This document shows positions 25,877-38,725 of a DNA stretch of 64,000 bases, piece after piece. The notes under the pieces were generated by a model. The model was not told where the DNA came from. It saw nothing but the letters and a program-made list of their open reading frames with translations, and did not search any database. Numbering within the stretch: the first letter of the stretch is position 1; each line of letters opens with the position of its first letter. Source of the stretch: Psilocybe cubensis (Eukaryota); NCBI GenBank assembly GCA_017499595.2, contig CM039001.1, positions 2,604,001 through 2,668,000 of the forward strand, given 5' to 3'. Both the position numbers and the translations under genes were made by a program.

Positions 25877-26551
25877 TGTCGCGTTCTTGGACTAGAGTTC
25901 AAGTGATACAGGCGCAGAAAGCTGAACTGAGGGTGCGATGCCATATTCCATCTTCAAGCACCAGATATTTAACAAGTTACCACCCCCCGCTTGGGAGAGC
26001 ATGTGTCTAAGTGCGATGGACAGATGGTAAACTTCTATAGCATTTAAGCTTTTTTTTACTATTATTATTATTGAAAATACCTCGGGGATATGGCCGAAGT
26101 GTATTTGACAAACCCAAAGCGCCCGCCGGGTGATACGTCCCTCCGAAACCATCAGAGCGCAGAGCGAAAATGGGTTCGATGGAGTGACAGTCGATAGTAA
26201 GCGTGATGATTATATCCAACCCATTTAATTTACGATGTAATGTTTTGAGTGAAAAGGTCTTGATGATCAGTCAGAGATCTTGTCGTTGTCGTTGGGCGCC
26301 ACCACCACCAATAGGGCTCCAGAGATTGCCTGTCATCAAGTACAAGGACAAGGATCAAATCGCCACAAGCATGATAAAAAAAGAAGACTAGCGGAAGACG
26401 TGCTTAGCACAGGTGCGACGCGACTTAAAACGCCCCGGATATGGCGGCCCGCCAAATGTTACGTAATGCATAATCTTTTCAGCCCAAGTTGCTTCATGTA
26501 TACCCTTCCTCACCTCCGACCAACCTAGATTCATTCTCTCGAATTTTTAGA

Positions 26552-28582
26552 ATGCCTACTAAGCTTAAAACAAAGTCGAAAACTGTGGATGATCTGTTGC
26601 GTCAACAAGAAGAGCCTCCAAGAAAGAAAAGGCGGCTTTCTATTACGGAATCTCTATCTGGGGACGAAGATTCCGCTTCCACCTCTGACGACGAAGCAAG
26701 CTCTAGCAGAGAAATAAACGACGGGAATTACCTTTCAGATTCAGAAAGTGACGATGAGCTGCAAAAACCAGAGGCACCTTCACAAATCAATGTCGAGGAT
26801 CGTCTGAATCTATTCGGAAAACGCTTCACATCTCCCAAACGCACCGTCGCAAAACCTTCCGTACCTCCCCCCGTGTCGTCTTTCGCGTCCCTAGGAATAT
26901 CCAGACCACTACAAAGTGCACTGAACAGCATGTCTATCAAAACACCTACAGAAGTCCAGTCGGCTTGTATACCCGTTCTCTTGGCTGGCAAGTATATATT
27001 TTTTGTATACCGATATATATCGCTTTTTTTGACTTTTTGACGAAGGCAGAGATTGTATAGGTAACGCAAAGACAGGTTCAGGCAAAACCATCGCTTTTGC
27101 TTTGCCGATCCTACAAAAACTTTCAGTGGATCCTTATGGCATATTTGCATTAGTGTTGACTCCTACAAGGTATGTGACATTATTTTTTTTGGTTATTTTT
27201 ATGCTTTTTTGCCTATCATCTTTGGTTACACAGGGAACTTGCATTCCAGATTGCGGAACAGTTTGCCGTTCTTGGGTCTTCGCTGAATGTTAGGACCTCA
27301 GTCATTGTTGGAGGGATGGACATGATGGCTCAGGCGCTGGAACTCGGTAATCGCCCTCATGTCGTCATTGCGACGCCTGGTCGGTTGGTCGACCATCTGC
27401 GAAGCTCAAGTGGCGAGTGGGATCTCTCAAGAGTGAAATTTTTGGTATGTGACATTCTTGGTATTGCTAGCATATTTACCTATTATTGCGCAGGTACTTG
27501 ACGAAGCGGATAGACTATTAACGGAGACGTTCTCTTCAGACTTGGGGTATCTGTTCAACGTGCTACCGAAAGAAAGACAAACGTGTCTATTCACCGCAAC
27601 GCTTACACCGTCTATTGAAACCTTGGCTGAAGCGCCGCCCAGACCCGGGAAGCAGAAGCCTTTTATTCACCGAATGAAGGCGACGTGAGTTGGTCTTTGT
27701 CGACTATTGTGACGTTTCTAATCTCCAGTCTAGAGTTGAAACAGTATCGACTTTGAAGCAGCACTACATCTTGGTTCCTTCACATGTTAGAGAATCATAT
27801 CTCTTTTACCTTTTATGCAACCCCCCAGAATCTACTCTGCACATGCGACGCGCGCCCCCAGAACCGACGAAAAAGAAATCCAATCCTGTAAAGTCGAAAG
27901 CGAAAAAGGCAAAGGTCGACAATGCAGACGATGAGCTGGAACAACCGCCGCCAACGATCATCTTTTGCGCCAAGCCCAAGACGGCTGCGTATCTTACCCT
28001 TTTGTTGAAGACGCTGAATATCCGTAGTACAGCGTTGCACTCGAGGCTGACCCAACGTGAGCGATTGTCATCGTTGTCGCTGTTCCGAGCGTCGGTGGTT
28101 CCTGTGCTGGTCTCTACTGATGTCGGAGCGCGTGGGTTGGATATCGAGGAGGTTGCTATGGTCATCAATTGGGATCTGCCCAGTGAGCCGGAGGAGTATA
28201 CACATCGTGTGGGACGAACTGCGCGTGCTGGAAGGGGAGGTATCGCCATCAGTTTTGTGACTGAGCGCGACGAGGAGCGTGTTTTGAAAATTGAGGACCG
28301 GATCAGTGAGTTGCATTGAGAGCATTGCTTAGACCAAGTTGAGACGGAAGTTGTCTAGAAACGAAACTGGAAGAAATGACGCTGCCCGAAGACAAGGTGC
28401 TGGACAAGCTGAACGCGGTGTCGACAGCGAAACGGCTGGCGAACATGGTGAGTGATTTGTGCTGGAGATGGAATTCGGTGCCTTGACGGTATATCTGTCA
28501 GGAACTGCACGACTCTAATTTTGGCAAGAGAGAGGAGATTCACAAGATGAAATATGGGACGCGCAGAGAGGGGGAAAAGTAG
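26552..28582 (+). CDS. DBP8: DEAD-box RNA helicase Dbp8
   Basis: [54 protein letters not shown]. Confidence 0.92.
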
Positions 28583-28823
28583 ACGCGAAGAGACGCGTAG
28601 ATCGAGTGAGGAGTGGATCATGATGGAGGAAGTAATATAGATGAGATGTAGAGAATAGAGATCGTATTAACACGAGGCAGACCAAGCTGGGAAGACTGAA
28701 AATGGGGTGGAAATCTGGCCGGACAGGACCCCTGGCCCGAAATACGGAAATGTAGAACGCGCCCGATAAGCTGCCTGATCACAGCCATTTCTAAAATCTC
28801 TCTCTTTCCCTCCGCCCACACCA

Positions 28824-29982
28824 ATGGACCCCGACTGGGAATCCGTTCTGCAGTTCGTCAGCGATCCCCTCGACGCCGACTACGCTGCCAACAAGCACGC
28901 CGTCCGCTCCCCAATCCAGGTCCCGACGCCCCCAGTGAGCTCTTTCTCCTTCTCGCCCGCCGTCCAAGACCTGCTCACTCTCTTCTAGCAATCCAACGAC
29001 GGCTCCCCTGTCGTCGATGACCCCGCCGACGCACAGACCCTCGTCTCAGTCTCCACCACCTTCTTCCCAGGCGCACAGCACCTCCCCGTCCAGCCAGACA
29101 CAGTCCTTCTCTCCTCCGACAATGTCTTTTTCTACGTCCATTCACATCTCCTCATCGCTGCCTCCGAAAACGGCTTTCGCGGACATCTGCCCCAGTCCCC
29201 GTCCACATCAAAACACGGCCAAAACCCCATCATCTCCCTCCCAGAAAATTCAAAGGTTCTCAATGTGATCCTCCACGCCGTGTACGATATGTCCTGCGCG
29301 CACTACTCGCCTACCTTTCCCTGTCTCATCTCCGCCGTTAACCGCCTCCCTATCTATGGTATACGCCCAAAAAGTCGCATAGCACCCTCAATGCCCCTCT
29401 TTTCTATTCTCCTTTCCCATGCACCTTTGTATCCTATAGAATTATATGCCCTTGCCGCCTCCTTCGACCTCTACGATCTTGCCGTGTCTACATCATCGCA
29501 TCTCCTCTCCTTCCCCCTGGCATCCATTACCGACGAGATGGCTGAGCGCATTGGCCCAGTCTACCTAAAGCGGCTCTTTTTCTTGCACTTTGGTCGCTCC
29601 GACGCGTTGAAGCGGGTTCTCCTCCCGCCGCCCCACCCGCATGCACCGACTCCGCTCTGCGATTTCACCGAACAGAAAAAGTTGACGAGGGCGTGGGCAC
29701 TAGCATCCGCGTATCTTGCGTGGGATGCAAGGCCGGGTGAGCTCGTTGTGCTCGTATCTTAATCCCGAATACTTATACTGATGACTTAGACTTGTCGACA
29801 AGTACCATGGAGTCTGCTCTCCGTCCCTTAGCGGAACACCTCACTTGCGAGGGATGCCAACAAGCTCTGCGGGATCGCATCAAGAATCTCGTCGTACAGT
29901 GGTCTGTCGTAAAGGTGCGCGTGCTGCAACGTAATGATCGTGAATATATGCGCTTACACTACTTCCACAGAGGACGATCTGA
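28824..29982 (+). CDS. Basidiomycete BTB/POZ-like domain protein
   Basis: PDTVLLSSDNVFFYVHSHLL...ISLPENSKVLNVILHAVY; PIELYALAA; IGPVYLKRLFFLH. Confidence 0.7.
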
Positions 29983-30498
29983 CTCCTCATTCTTCCCTTG
30001 TTTTATCAGACCAGCATCACCATTCCATACACATATCCCACCACCGTCAATAGCAAGCTTTCGTTTCCAAGAAATTCCTCGATGTTTCCTACTTTATTTG
30101 CATTTTTCGCATTGTATCATCGCCTTCCATCGCATATTCTCAACACACGCATTATTCCCGTTGTATGGACCATTGATACCCAAAAAAACATTGCCGACGA
30201 ATGCATTGTACCATCTCCCCTTCCTTTACAGTATTGTTTTGCTGCCCGCCGCACACGAATAATCGATATACACGACTCGATTCTTGTAGCCACTACCAGT
30301 CTCATATACACGATTGGGACTTCCTGTAATTGTAAAATAAAAACATATCGTATATAGTACACCCCAATTTCATCCTACAAACACATGACTGACGTAGTGA
30401 TTGACGTCAGTGATGAATTAACCTATCCAATGCCCAAAGGGAAACCCTAACCCAGGTATCATACCGAGTGTCCGGGGGGTATCAGTGCCACAGCACCA

Positions 30499-31657
30499 CT
30501 ACCGCGCTTTCAAGTCTTCTGCCAGGATCGCATCGTTCAGTTCATCAAGCGGTGCGAGTTCCTTTTTGTCGACAAGGTCAAACTGCTCCCGCATCAGTCG
30601 ATCTGTTCCCAAATTCTCAGGGTGTCCCGCGTACCTCGTTGATAAACAGGAAGAAATGCCGGTAGCTCGTATTGAGATGAGCTGCGTATATGCGGGTGAG
30701 CCTCAGTTCATTCGAGAATAGTCCGGTATATATACCTTCGATGCCGAGCGCGCATATGTGGTCAAAGTGGTTGCTGTAGATGTGCGCATACACACGGAAC
30801 AGACGCCTCACAATCGTCTTCACCGTATCGCGAAAGCTCCTTGGAAATGCAACGCCTGCAAAGAGGAATTCACTTCGCTAGTACTCGATTGGAGCGTAAT
30901 GTATAGTTACGTACCGATCTTGTTGGGGAAGATCGATTCGTCGTCGAGCAGGTTCTGAGCCCAGTTCATGAGCGCGTCCACATAATCTGGCGCCGCCAGT
31001 TTTGTGGGTCGTTTGTACTTGACACCGTCTTCCCACAGATACTCATATCTGTGGATCGATCATCCCACGTATGAAGGGTATACGTTGTACAACTTTGAAT
31101 GTAACACACGTACCGTGGGCCGGCAGACATTACAGGGCACTGGAAACATTTCGTCAATACCTTCCATATCAATGATATTTCTGGCGCAAAACTGACTTCT
31201 GAGGGTATACAAAACTCCGTGACAGTCCCATAAAGCATGTTCAAATGATTGAAGAAATCGACGGCTGGAAGGCGATGTGTGTGCGATAGATGAAAGGGAG
31301 GGGAGCGCTTCGATACAAAAGAGGCAGCTTACTGTGGACTGCAAGCCATTCGTTCAAGTCCTCGCCCTCTGGCAATTGCACGGCCAATCTCAGATTCCCC
31401 GATCCCTAGACGCGTTCAAAGGCGGTGAGCGGGAACGCTCCATTACTCCAGAATACGCAACGACGCGTGGAGTTAGGATCCTACCAAAGTGGCCTCGGCG
31501 TACTTCCTCAGCTGATACTGCTTGGTACCCTCTGGTACATCCTTGCGCGGTTTGAATGTCCGTGTTTTGCCTCTACATTCCAGAAACAATGAAGATCAGT
31601 CCGTGCGGGAATGGTGGATGGCTAATGGAACGCTTACAAGCCAAAGAACGAAGACAT
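30499..31657 (-). CDS. MOB1: MOB kinase activator Mob1
   Basis: LGSGNLRLAVQLPEGEDLNEWLAVH; CPVMSAGP; RRLFRVYAHIYSNHF; HLNTSYRHF. Confidence 0.94.
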
Positions 31658-32235
31658 CGAGAGGTACAGGCCAAACGGCTAATCAGCACTGAGCGGTGCC
31701 AAATAGGCAAGTCCGGGGTTCGGTGATAGCCGGACATAACGGCTTGCGATGGCTCGGCTACGCTCCTCGGGCTAGGCAACCAACCACTTCCTTCGACAAC
31801 CGTACATACGAGCGTCGCACTTTTGCTCATCGAGCACCAACCTTTACCAATGAAATTTTTCGATCGACAATTTGCTCACCGCGTTTCATCTGGATTTTTA
31901 TTCGTAGAGCCTATTCATATCCCCCTCAATCGTGGTTAACCGGAATCGGTGAACAGAGACGCGCGGTTCACAAATCATGAGCCTTCGCCGTGAGATCTGC
32001 TATATACATTATTTAGCATCTGGATTACGAATACCGGCGCAGATCACCAGGATGCGGCAGCTTTGCAATCATCATCCACGCTATTCCACACATATCACTG
32101 GCCGGGAAATTGTGTCATGACAAAGACCTCCTAATATCTTGGGTATATAAGACACGGTGGTTTTGGATCCTTCTGGAATCATAATCATAATCCACTGCTT
32201 TTCATCTCTCCCACATAGTCCAAAAACCCAAAGCG

Positions 32236-33285
32236 ATGCCTTCTGTACTTTTCGTGTTGACTTCTGCCAATAAAACCCTCACAGGTGCTCAAACGGTAAG
32301 TCCAAACCTTATAGGAATTGACACCGTCCGCTGGCGACTCACACACACGCTATGTGAATTTAGGGTTGGTACTTGCCTGAGGCGGCTCATCCTTACTACG
32401 TACTTGCGCCACACGCCACCATCGATTTCGCCGCGCCCAAAGGCTCCAACCCACCGATTGACGAAGGGAGCGTCCAGGTGAGAGCAATACGCTACCTTTT
32501 GATAGAGAAAATATTGAAAAGGCATCATGTTCCCGCACTCTCCAGGCCTTCAAAGACGAAGACTCTGTCAAATTCCTGAATGATCCTACTGTGAAGGAGA
32601 AATTGGCCAATGCGAAAAAGCTTTCGGATGTGCAATTCAAAGACTATGACGCCATCTTTTACGTTGGAGGACATGGTCCCGTCATTGATTTGCCTGAGGA
32701 TAAGGACAATATTAAGTTAATCGGGGAGGTGAGTGGAAACCGGTCACCATTTTATTGGAGTGGTCGTGGCTTATTTTGGGGGGCATGAATAGTTTTGGAA
32801 CGCTGGAAAGATTGTGTCGGCTGTTTGTCATGGACCTGCGTAAGATATACTTCACCGATGATAATGATAATGAATGTTACTGATATAATATCTATCAGAG
32901 CTCTTGTAGGTGGCGTAGACGCACAAGGCAAATCAATCTTCGCGGGAAGAAATTTCACTGGATTCTCAAACGAGGAAGAGAAACAAGTGGGCAAAGTCGC
33001 GGTCAGTTTTCGACGAGTTCTTCGACGTCATGGGATTCATTCTCATTTCCTTGTTTAGGACGTGCCATTTTTGTTGGAAGACAAAATTACCGGACTCGGA
33101 GGCAAATACACCAAGGCAGACAAACCCTGGGGAGTCAGTGCAATTACTCAACGTCATGCCGAGGTCATATTTAACATAATTTTGTTTTTCAGGAAAAAGT
33201 TGTCGTTGATGGCAAACTCATCACTGGGCAAAACCCTGCTTCTGCTGTTGGTGTTGGGAAAGCTATTCTTCAAGCACTTCAATAG
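32236..33285 (+). CDS. DJ-1/PfpI (Hsp31-like glyoxalase III), copy 1
   Basis: GWYLPEAAHPY, YDAIFYVGGHGP, AVCHGP, TGFSNEEE, LITGQNPAS. Confidence 0.92.
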
Positions 33286-33766
33286 ATGCCCGACGTAAAC
33301 AGTGAGACATTGAAACATTACGGAAGACCCGTATAGTAAATGAATTATCAAATGGATATAACTGTAATAAAGTAGTATATAGGCACGACATAAAATAACT
33401 ATGTTCAAGGAACTTGCGCCGCAACTTGAAGAATGAACTGGATTGGACAGGAATTTAAGATATGGGTTTGTACTATTGGCCGTCGACCAGCTTTGGTATG
33501 GATTTTCTGTTGCTCAGTCCTCATGACGCCTACACTGCTATACAGCACACGTATTTTGCACGCATCTTTGCGCCGCCGCAAAGTTGGTATGAATTGATTC
33601 CGCGAATGTAGCCATGATGTCATACGCAATCGTTTGCAGGCTTCGAGTCAGAAACAAGAGTCGGTTAGGCGGATAGAACGATGGCCGATTCTACTTAACT
33701 ACCTGATAACGATTGAAGAAGCTGACTCATCATACTTCCAACCCTGTCATTATCGCGGCTTCCTCA

Positions 33767-33819
33767 TATGGAAAGCCAGACTGATCTGCTCAATGTTTGG
33801 CTCATGCCGCGTGATGGCC
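33767..33819 (+). repeat. Left terminal inverted repeat
   Basis: TATGGAAAGCCAGACTGATCTGCTCAATGTTTGGCTCATGCCGCGTGATGGCC. Confidence 0.95.
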
Positions 33820-34183
33820 TTTGTAAATTAAACAATAAATAAATAAATAGTCATTTTGCTTTATAAATCAAGGTGTATCACGATGTCACCGTGACTGATT
33901 AAATATTTGTTCGGTACTGAACGTGTAGAGCACAACTCGCTGCAGAGTACTTTCAGTATTGTTCACATACCTTCATATTTTTGCTCCTATAAATTACTTT
34001 TAATAATTAAGAACCAAACCTCCCGCCCTATGGAAACCCATAGAACTTTAGAACATTGATATCAATTTGAAATGTCACGACAGGAGTAGGTGAATAGGAG
34101 TCCATTGAACCGATGGACGACTTGGACACTTTTATTCCTTAACCATTTCCACGATTATCCTGCTTTATTCACCATTTTCTATT

Positions 34184-36098
34184 ATGAACAAGCCAACTGG
34201 AGATTATGAGGCCAAGTTTACATCGGAGCAGAACATGCCAGTTCAATGTAATCGATGCAAACAGCAATTTGCACCGGGTACCCGGCTCCAATGGATGCAT
34301 AATAAGCATCAAGGCGAAGGGCGTTACCTTTGTGGCTCATGCTACGAGTACTATTTATCGAAGAAAACTACGATACGTCGTGATAACAATCAGGGTCACA
34401 GTTAGTCTATCTTTAATATTTATTGTTAATTGACTTTATAATCTTTATTAGAGTCCGAAATAGCAGCTCGTAATGTTAGAGCTTTGCCGGTTGCTTCAGC
34501 TGCCGCTCACGTTGGTCGTGGTGAGTAATGTTTAATCTTTGGAATAATGGTTTCTCATTTAAATTGAAAATTAATAGTAGATAATGCTGCAACTTCCGAA
34601 GCAGCTATAGTCCAGAAGCATATTGCTGCAGCACAGCGTGATGGTAAGTTAACCAACTATCCGGTAATGTCCAAATCTGAACAATAATTAGAGCGCCTTG
34701 CACCTGTTGTTGCTGTGGGAAGAAATATTACACAAAGTGTTGCATATGGTTCTCCAGTCACAAATAGGCCTGCTCGACAACAAGGCGTTAGCTCTTTTGG
34801 AGCTCTGTCTGGTCCTGGATCGACTGTTGTGAATGTCGGTCTCAAAGCCAAATCGCTTACCTTTCCACAAAAGGATTTACTCAATCCGGGCTATCAAGAA
34901 GCACATGGATTTTATAACGAGATGCGCCAACATTTTGCGGCTATGGCGTATAGCTCCGCAGCCAATGCAGAGCTTGTAGTGGTCAAAGTTTGGCTTTCTG
35001 TCCGTGTTCCGACCAAAAAAAGCCCAGTTCATATTGCTGTAAGTAATTTGGTTCTTATTTCTATGATATATTCAGCTTAATATTGGTATATTTTAGGGTC
35101 TTCATGAGGCCGTTTCAAATATTCCAGTTCATATAGGTCTAACTGATCTTAAACGGGTAATGTATTATGCTTTACTTCCTCAATTTTTGGAATGGTCAAA
35201 GGGGTTTCCTTTGCGTATCGATGACTGTGTTGTTAGGAATAAGTTATGGGTTGAACTTATTCCAAAACAGCCAGATGTTGATGCTATATCGGAACACTTT
35301 TTCAGTTTCAAAGGTCGGAATAAGCTTTCAAAGATTTTTACTCCGAAGCAAGGAATTGAACTATACCTTTGTATTACTCACCGCCTTTATGAGTCTATAA
35401 TAGACCATATTACGGAGCCAAAGGAAACTTCTCATCGGCGGAATGATGAAATGCAGGTAAGTGTTTTACTAGGTTTCTTTTGTAATGAGAATGACTAATA
35501 TATTTTAAAGCCTTCAGCTTCGCTTCATGGAAGTATAGCATCTAAGGCTGTAAAGCGCAAATATTGGGAATCAGATGTTAGTAAACATTTTTGTTCTACT
35601 TACAACCACAGACTTACTGCAATTTTAGAATTTTGAGGCTGATCCAGTAGAGGGTCCATCACTTCAGCATACAGCAGATGAGCTAAAAAATGCACTTCAG
35701 CTTCAAGTCCCACCGCGCAAAAAAAATATGAAATCGTTATGTAAGTTTTAAATCTTTTTCTATGTTTAAAGTTAGAAAATGTACTAAATTCATGTTTTTT
35801 TATAGTTCAGACAGTTATTGAAGATGTTTCGTTCTTCAAACTACCACCTCCAGTTTCATTCAGCGACTTGGTTAAAAACCCAGATGAGCTAGCGACTCAA
35901 CAGCGGCCCACCTTTCCTATCAACGACCAGCTGCTTCGCGCAGCTGGTCTGTGTCCGAGACTACAGCCGCCGCTGCCGCCGGTGTGTCCCGCCATCCCCG
36001 ACGACCAGCATTCCGCTTCCACCGCCTCCATCGACGACCACCAGCACGAGGCAGCTGGGTCGTGTCGCCGCTGCCGCTGCCGCCCTTCCCCGCTCTAG
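34184..36098 (+). CDS. Transposon second gene: multi-exon protein of unknown function with an N-terminal CxxC...CxxC zinc finger; 3' end uncertain
   Basis: VQCNRCKQ...YLCGSCYEYY; successive GT-AG exons link ORFs 34184, 34715, 35160 and 35868. Confidence 0.65.
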
Positions 36099-36337
36099 CC
36101 ACCATCGACAATCACCAGGGCAAGGCTGCTGGGTCGGCCGCCGCTGAGGGGGAAGAAGAAGACGGCACAGCTGTGTTTGCATTTCCATTCGCATTTGCGT
36201 GTCCACCAACCCTTGATTGGCGAGGAAGTATCTACTTTCTATTGTATTTTAGCACAATTAACTGTTTTTTATGCCCAATAACTGATTATTGTGTAGTTGA
36301 TACTAAGACTAAGTAATTTATAGATTTACTGTGTTAT

Positions 36338-38065
36338 TTATTCTTCATCTGTATCTGTAAATGAAGCATAGTTTCCATCGTCTGAGTGTTCCTGCAACCC
36401 AACAACTTTATCACCTTGTCGCAGGTCTTTCATTCCATCAAGTAAAGATATTTCCTCTTGATCAATACCTTGTTCTTCAGCAACACGCGCAGTCAGAACA
36501 ACTTCAATTTCTTCATCAACCTCACCACGAAAGCGCTCGAGCATGGTACGATAAATTTCCCAAAAACTGGCCATTGTTACCTCAGGAGTCCCAATGTCCT
36601 CATAAATCTTTCGGGCTCGTTCGTCAAAGGTGGGTGGTGTAAGTTGAAAAACTGGGTGATCTTTGGGTGCATACTCATTTTCAAGGTCATCAAGAAGGTC
36701 TTCTGTAACAGGAATCTATTCAATGTAAATTGAATTTCTGGTCTATAGCATCTACACAATAAACATACCTTAAAGTCAAGAGCATTGAATTTTTTGGGCT
36801 TGGTGCGAATTAACAGAGGAGCACCGAGTGGGAGAATTTTCTTGCGGTCTGAACGTGGTGCCGTTCGATTTTTGGTATTTGCCCACTTGTCAAGCTCGTT
36901 TTGCAGCCATGGAATTGCGATCCAGCGGAAAACCAAGCTATGTAAACAATAATTAAAACAGATATCACAAAAAATTATGATCAAACATACTTTTCAACAA
37001 CATTGGTAACTTCATACCATCCAGAAACAACTCCTTGTTGGAACAAATCCTCATAACCAGGAGCAAAGTCACGACGAAATACCGACCAATTGATTTCAGG
37101 CTTGATGTTGGCTTTATGCCAAAGCCACCTATGTTGCAGAGTCCCAACAAGAGTAGGATCAAGCCGGTGTCGAGCCAAGGTCTGAACGTTGGCTACACCA
37201 AAATTTTCTGATCCTGGGTCACTTTGCGTCGTAAGAGGAATAGCTGTTTAAAGTTAACTTTATTCAGTAAAAATAATAGAAGAGTAAAATTAAACCTACC
37301 GCCATATTTGCGAGCCGTATCAATAAAATAACCAGCAATTAGACGGGGATTCTTGTTAGTCCACCATACCTTTAACCAATTCAGGAATCCAGTGAATGGA
37401 TCTGCACTGTGGTGAAGCCATAGTCCAAACCGAGGACCCCATTTGTCGTGTTGGTCTTGGGCCCAAGTATCGTTAACACCAGCAGCATGGTAGCGTCTGC
37501 GTTTGAATCTACGAGCCTTCCGAGCCTTTAGCGCATCGGGCTCAGTCATTTGAAGATAATTATAAACAACACTTCTGGTGTAGACTATATTTGAGCAAGT
37601 TCTTCCAAAAATGATAATATTCAATTCATACCGAGGAACTCTGATATTAAACTCAACCCGTAGCTGCTTTCTAATCATTTCCACACCTCGAGTAGGGAAT
37701 CTAGTTCGCATTTCCTGAATGGCAGGGGCAATTGACTCCAAGGTGTGCTTTTGTTGTCGAGTACTGAGAAGATCCCACTTTTTTCTAAGCCTTTTAATGC
37801 TCGACACACTAGAAGTAGATTAATTGATACGTATTCCCGTGTCCGTAGAGGTAATAACAACGCACCTTAGGCCATACAATTCTGTATTGTAATGGTCTTT
37901 CATATTGTCCTGAATCTCACAATCGTTCTGACCTAGATCATAGTAGAACTGTACGTATTCCTTGATTTCATCCTCAGGGGCTTGTGGATCAATAGATGAC
38001 TTCAGTTTCTATTACCTATTGTACAAAACACAAGACTTACGAAGTGGTTTATGCTGGTTCGGCAT
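36338..38065 (-). CDS. Transposase: Clr5-like/HTH N-terminus plus rve/IS3-like DDE integrase core
   Basis: Splices without stops: MPNQHKPL|PPEDEIKEYVQFYYDLG...SIKRLRKKWDL; WAQDQHDKW (D), TQSDPGSEN (D), NIKPEINW (E). Confidence 0.88.
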
Positions 38066-38221
38066 TGATTTTAATACAAAAAGAATAGAAGAGACGGCGC
38101 TGAGTAGGGATTTTCAATTGTTGCCCTATCACAATGAGAAACAAGGTAGGAAAATATATTTCATTCAGAATAGGAGTCTACGGATAACACAAGCATGTTT
38201 TAGCTAGACGTTAGCAGGACC

Positions 38222-38274
38222 GGCCATCACGCGGCATGAGCCAAACATTGAGCAGATCAGTCTGGCTTTCCATA
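38222..38274 (-). repeat. Right terminal inverted repeat
   Basis: Exact reverse complement of 33767-33819. Confidence 0.95.
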
Positions 38275-38725
38275 TCCTCAACCAAATTTGGGATTTCTTC
38301 CCATTTACGGCAAGTCTCCGAAGAAGGTCACGAAGTTTATTAATAAGCACATCCGACTTGTCGATTCTTGTCGATCACATATTGGCACTGAAATGGGTTG
38401 TTTTTGGTCCATGTGTAACGTGCCAGGCCTATCTTGCGAGGAGTACTCGCCGCATGGAACCGCATTGTTCGTACGAGCCGGACGACCGTGTCCAAATCCA
38501 ACTACACGTTCAAGTCGCGACGGGTTTGACGGGCGCGGTACTACTATGATTCACCACAACATTCAGGGATATGCCCCTCCGAATTGGAAAATAGAAACTC
38601 GCCTTGTTTGAATATAAAAGGACCATGATATATACCAGGTATTCTCCATTGTCTCTTAGACACTCCATCCCAACCAATCAACCATCTACCAAGCTTCTAT
38701 CACGTTCAGTCGTATTACTGCAACA

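Larger units (their letters stand above)
33767..38274. mobile_element. Complete two-gene DNA transposon, IS3EU-like
   Basis: Perfect 53-bp TIRs (33767-33819 and 38222-38274, TATGGAAAGCC...), 6-bp TSD TCCTCA (33761-33766 and 38275-38280), AT-rich interior, DDE transposase. Confidence 0.92.

Noticed and set aside
30386-30415. Clustered TGACGT (CRE-like) motifs
   Set aside because: They lie between two convergent 3' ends rather than in a promoter; probably chance.
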